From contig DAIOHF010000014.1 of the NCBI GenBank assembly GCA_036744855.1, positions 45,287-109,286 of the forward strand: a DNA stretch of 64,000 nucleotides, read 5' to 3'. This DNA is from Sedimentisphaerales bacterium (GTDB lineage: Bacteria; Planctomycetota; Phycisphaerae; Sedimentisphaerales; Anaerobacaceae). Positions within the stretch are counted from its first letter, which is position 1. The number at the start of each line of letters is the position of its first letter. The position numbers were made by a program, and so were the translations under genes. Of the stretch, positions 62,388 through 64,000 are shown piece after piece. Under the pieces are notes generated by a model that worked only from the letters and a program-made list of their open reading frames with translations, was not told where the DNA came from and did not search any database.

Positions 62388-64000
62388 TCAGTTCCCCTCG
62401 ACCGCCAGCGGCCCGGCGTTCGCCCCAAGCGGCGTGGGGACCGACGACACCTGCATGACGCCGGTTCCGTCCGGATAACGGGCGCAGGACTGGTCGCCCG
62501 CGAGACGGCCGATCGTGACCGAATCCAGGAGAATATGCCCGTTCTCGATGGTGTCGAACAGCCAGATCGTCTCTCCCTGAGCTGAAAGCTTGAAGTTGGC
62601 GTGCAGGCCGGGCTCATCCTGGCCGTCCTCGTCCGCCCAGATCAGCAGGTACTGCCCCGGCTCCAGAACCCTCCCTTCGGGAAACCGCCACTTGAGCGGT
62701 TTGTCCGGACTGTCGCTCAGGTACATCCCAGCCAGGTTGATCGCCTGATCGCTGATGTTCTTCAGTTCAATCCAGTCGTCGTACTCGCCCTGGGGATCGG
62801 CGACCACAGCCACGTTCTTGCTCATGACCTCGTTGATGACGATTCCGGAATAGGCCGCGTGCGGATACGTCACAAGATGGCGGTATACATCGTGCTCGGC
62901 GCCCTCGGGGCTGTAGGCCACGGTGCCCGCGGAATCGGTCGCTGTCGCCTCGACGTAGTAGCGAAGCACCGTCCCGGCGGGGTAATCGCCCAACGCCAGG
63001 GAAAAGACGCGTTCCGACGCCCCCTCGGCAGTCTGCACGCCCTGATGGATCATGGACGTGGGCGCGAAGAGCGCAAACGGCCCCGGCGCGACGTACAACT
63101 GGACGCCTGAAACCGGAACCGCGGTGCCAAGCCGGGCGGTGACGAAGAGGCTCTGACCGGTCGGAGTCTCCGTGACTTCCTGCTCGACCGAATTGATGAC
63201 GGGGGACGCTCGATTGACCTCGCTATTGGCCAGCAGCGTCGTGCGACGGGTCTGGACGAAGTTCCTGAGGGTCGTGACGCCTGTCTGAAACGCCTGGGTG
63301 GTGTAGAGCTTCTTCGTGTCGGCCGCGACCTCCGCCTCGATCAAGGCGCGGTAGGCGTCGATCTTGGCGTTGAGCACGTCCGGCGTGAAGTGGCTGCTCA
63401 GGATCGTGCGGACATGGGCGAGATACCGCTGGCGGTACTTCGGAATCGACATGAGCCGATACATCACCGGCACCGACGAGTCGTCGGCCCGGTAGAAGAT
63501 GGACCAGTTGGCCGTGCTCATCGATTCGTTGCCGTCATACTGCATCAGGTGGATGCGTCCGGTCTCGGGTTCGTAGTAGAGGCCGTAGTCGCTGCCGCGT
63601 TTGTTGACGTAGCCGTCGTCGTCTTCGAAGATGATCTCGAAGGCGCACAGCCACAAGGCGCCGTCCACGTTGAGCACGGATTCGACGTTGTCGGGCAGTT
63701 GAGCCAGAGGCGTGTTGTTCAGGACGTCGCACGTATGAATCAGGCTCGCCCAGGGGTCCGCCTGGTGAGTGCTCTTGAGCTCGTAGGCCGACTGGTACGT
63801 CGCCACGTTGGCGCCCTGCCAGGTCAGAGCTGCAACGCCTGCGGTCACCCCGCCCTCGGCCACGCCGACGTCGCCGACGGATCGACGGATGGGCGTCACG
63901 CCGCCACCGCCCGGCGTGCCGCCACCCATGTTGCCTCCGCCTATGGCCCGCATGCCGTCGCCGCGCCATTGGGTGCCTTCGTTGCTCGGGAACCAGTCAT
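62388..64000 (-). CDS. CotH-family (atypical kinase fold) secreted protein with C-terminal lamin-tail domain; 5' end outside the window
   Basis: CotH core blocks (VNKRGSDYGLYYEPETGRIHLMQYDGNES, YRLMSIPKYRQRYLAH). C-terminal LTD (IVINEVMSKN...DDWIELKN...LSDS). The reading frame stays open to position 64000. Confidence 0.75.
   Translation of the reverse strand, partial: DWFPSNEGTQWRGDGMRAIGGGNMGGGTPGGGGVTPIRRSVGDVGVAEGGVTAGVAALTWQGANVATYQSAYELKSTHQADPWASLIHTCDVLNNTPLAQLPDNVESVLNVDGALWLCAFEIIFEDDDGYVNKRGSDYGLYYEPETGRIHLMQYDGNESMSTANWSIFYRADDSSVPVMYRLMSIPKYRQRYLAHVRTILSSHFTPDVLNAKIDAYRALIEAEVAADTKKLYTTQAFQTGVTTLRNFVQTRRTTLLANSEVNRASPVINSVEQEVTETPTGQSLFVTARLGTAVPVSGVQLYVAPGPFALFAPTSMIHQGVQTAEGASERVFSLALGDYPAGTVLRYYVEATATDSAGTVAYSPEGAEHDVYRHLVTYPHAAYSGIVINEVMSKNVAVVADPQGEYDDWIELKNISDQAINLAGMYLSDSPDKPLKWRFPEGRVLEPGQYLLIWADEDGQDEPGLHANFKLSAQGETIWLFDTIENGHILLDSVTIGRLAGDQSCARYPDGTGVMQVSSVPTPLGANAGPLAVEGN

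Overview
This is a high-GC (roughly 60-65% by eye) chromosomal segment. Its gene content looks like a Planctomycetota/PVC-type heterotroph. That placement is an inference from a TAT-signal Gfo/Idh/MocA oxidoreductase, two DUF1080 modules, a sulfatase, a heparinase II/III-like lyase, a GH28-like beta-helix protein and many TPR proteins.

I call about 52 protein-coding genes:
- Housekeeping: larB, nnrD, pyrK-pyrD, coaE, rho, valS, lspA, gpmI, mutL, a DksA-like gene, yacG, a XerC/D-type recombinase, kdsA and leuS.
- Glycan-utilisation genes.
- A BtuF/FecB-type ABC importer.
- A VapBC pair.
- Orphan genes in three low-GC islets.

No rRNA, tRNA or CRISPR array was seen. Spacers, and even some coding regions, carry at least seven families of short palindromic (REP/MITE-like) repeats.

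The main observations are:
1. A REP-flanked HUH/Y1 (RAYT, IS200-like) transposase module lies in frame inside the essential valS gene, at the entry loop of the CP1 editing domain. The same 7+3+7 hairpins occur elsewhere in the window.
2. Two other palindromic elements are inserted in frame, one in a galactokinase-like gene and one in a BtuF-like binding protein. Other repeat copies supply the RBS and start codons of genes.
3. A promoter-led, translationally coupled operon encodes a VTC domain (polyphosphate-polymerase-like), a DUF4956 membrane protein, a HlyD adaptor and a TolC channel. It is flanked by CotH and lamin-tail-domain secreted proteins and has no conventional pump. It is a candidate uncharacterised trans-envelope system.

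All homology calls come from motif recognition by eye, not from database searches. Gene starts are best guesses from RBS and frame context.
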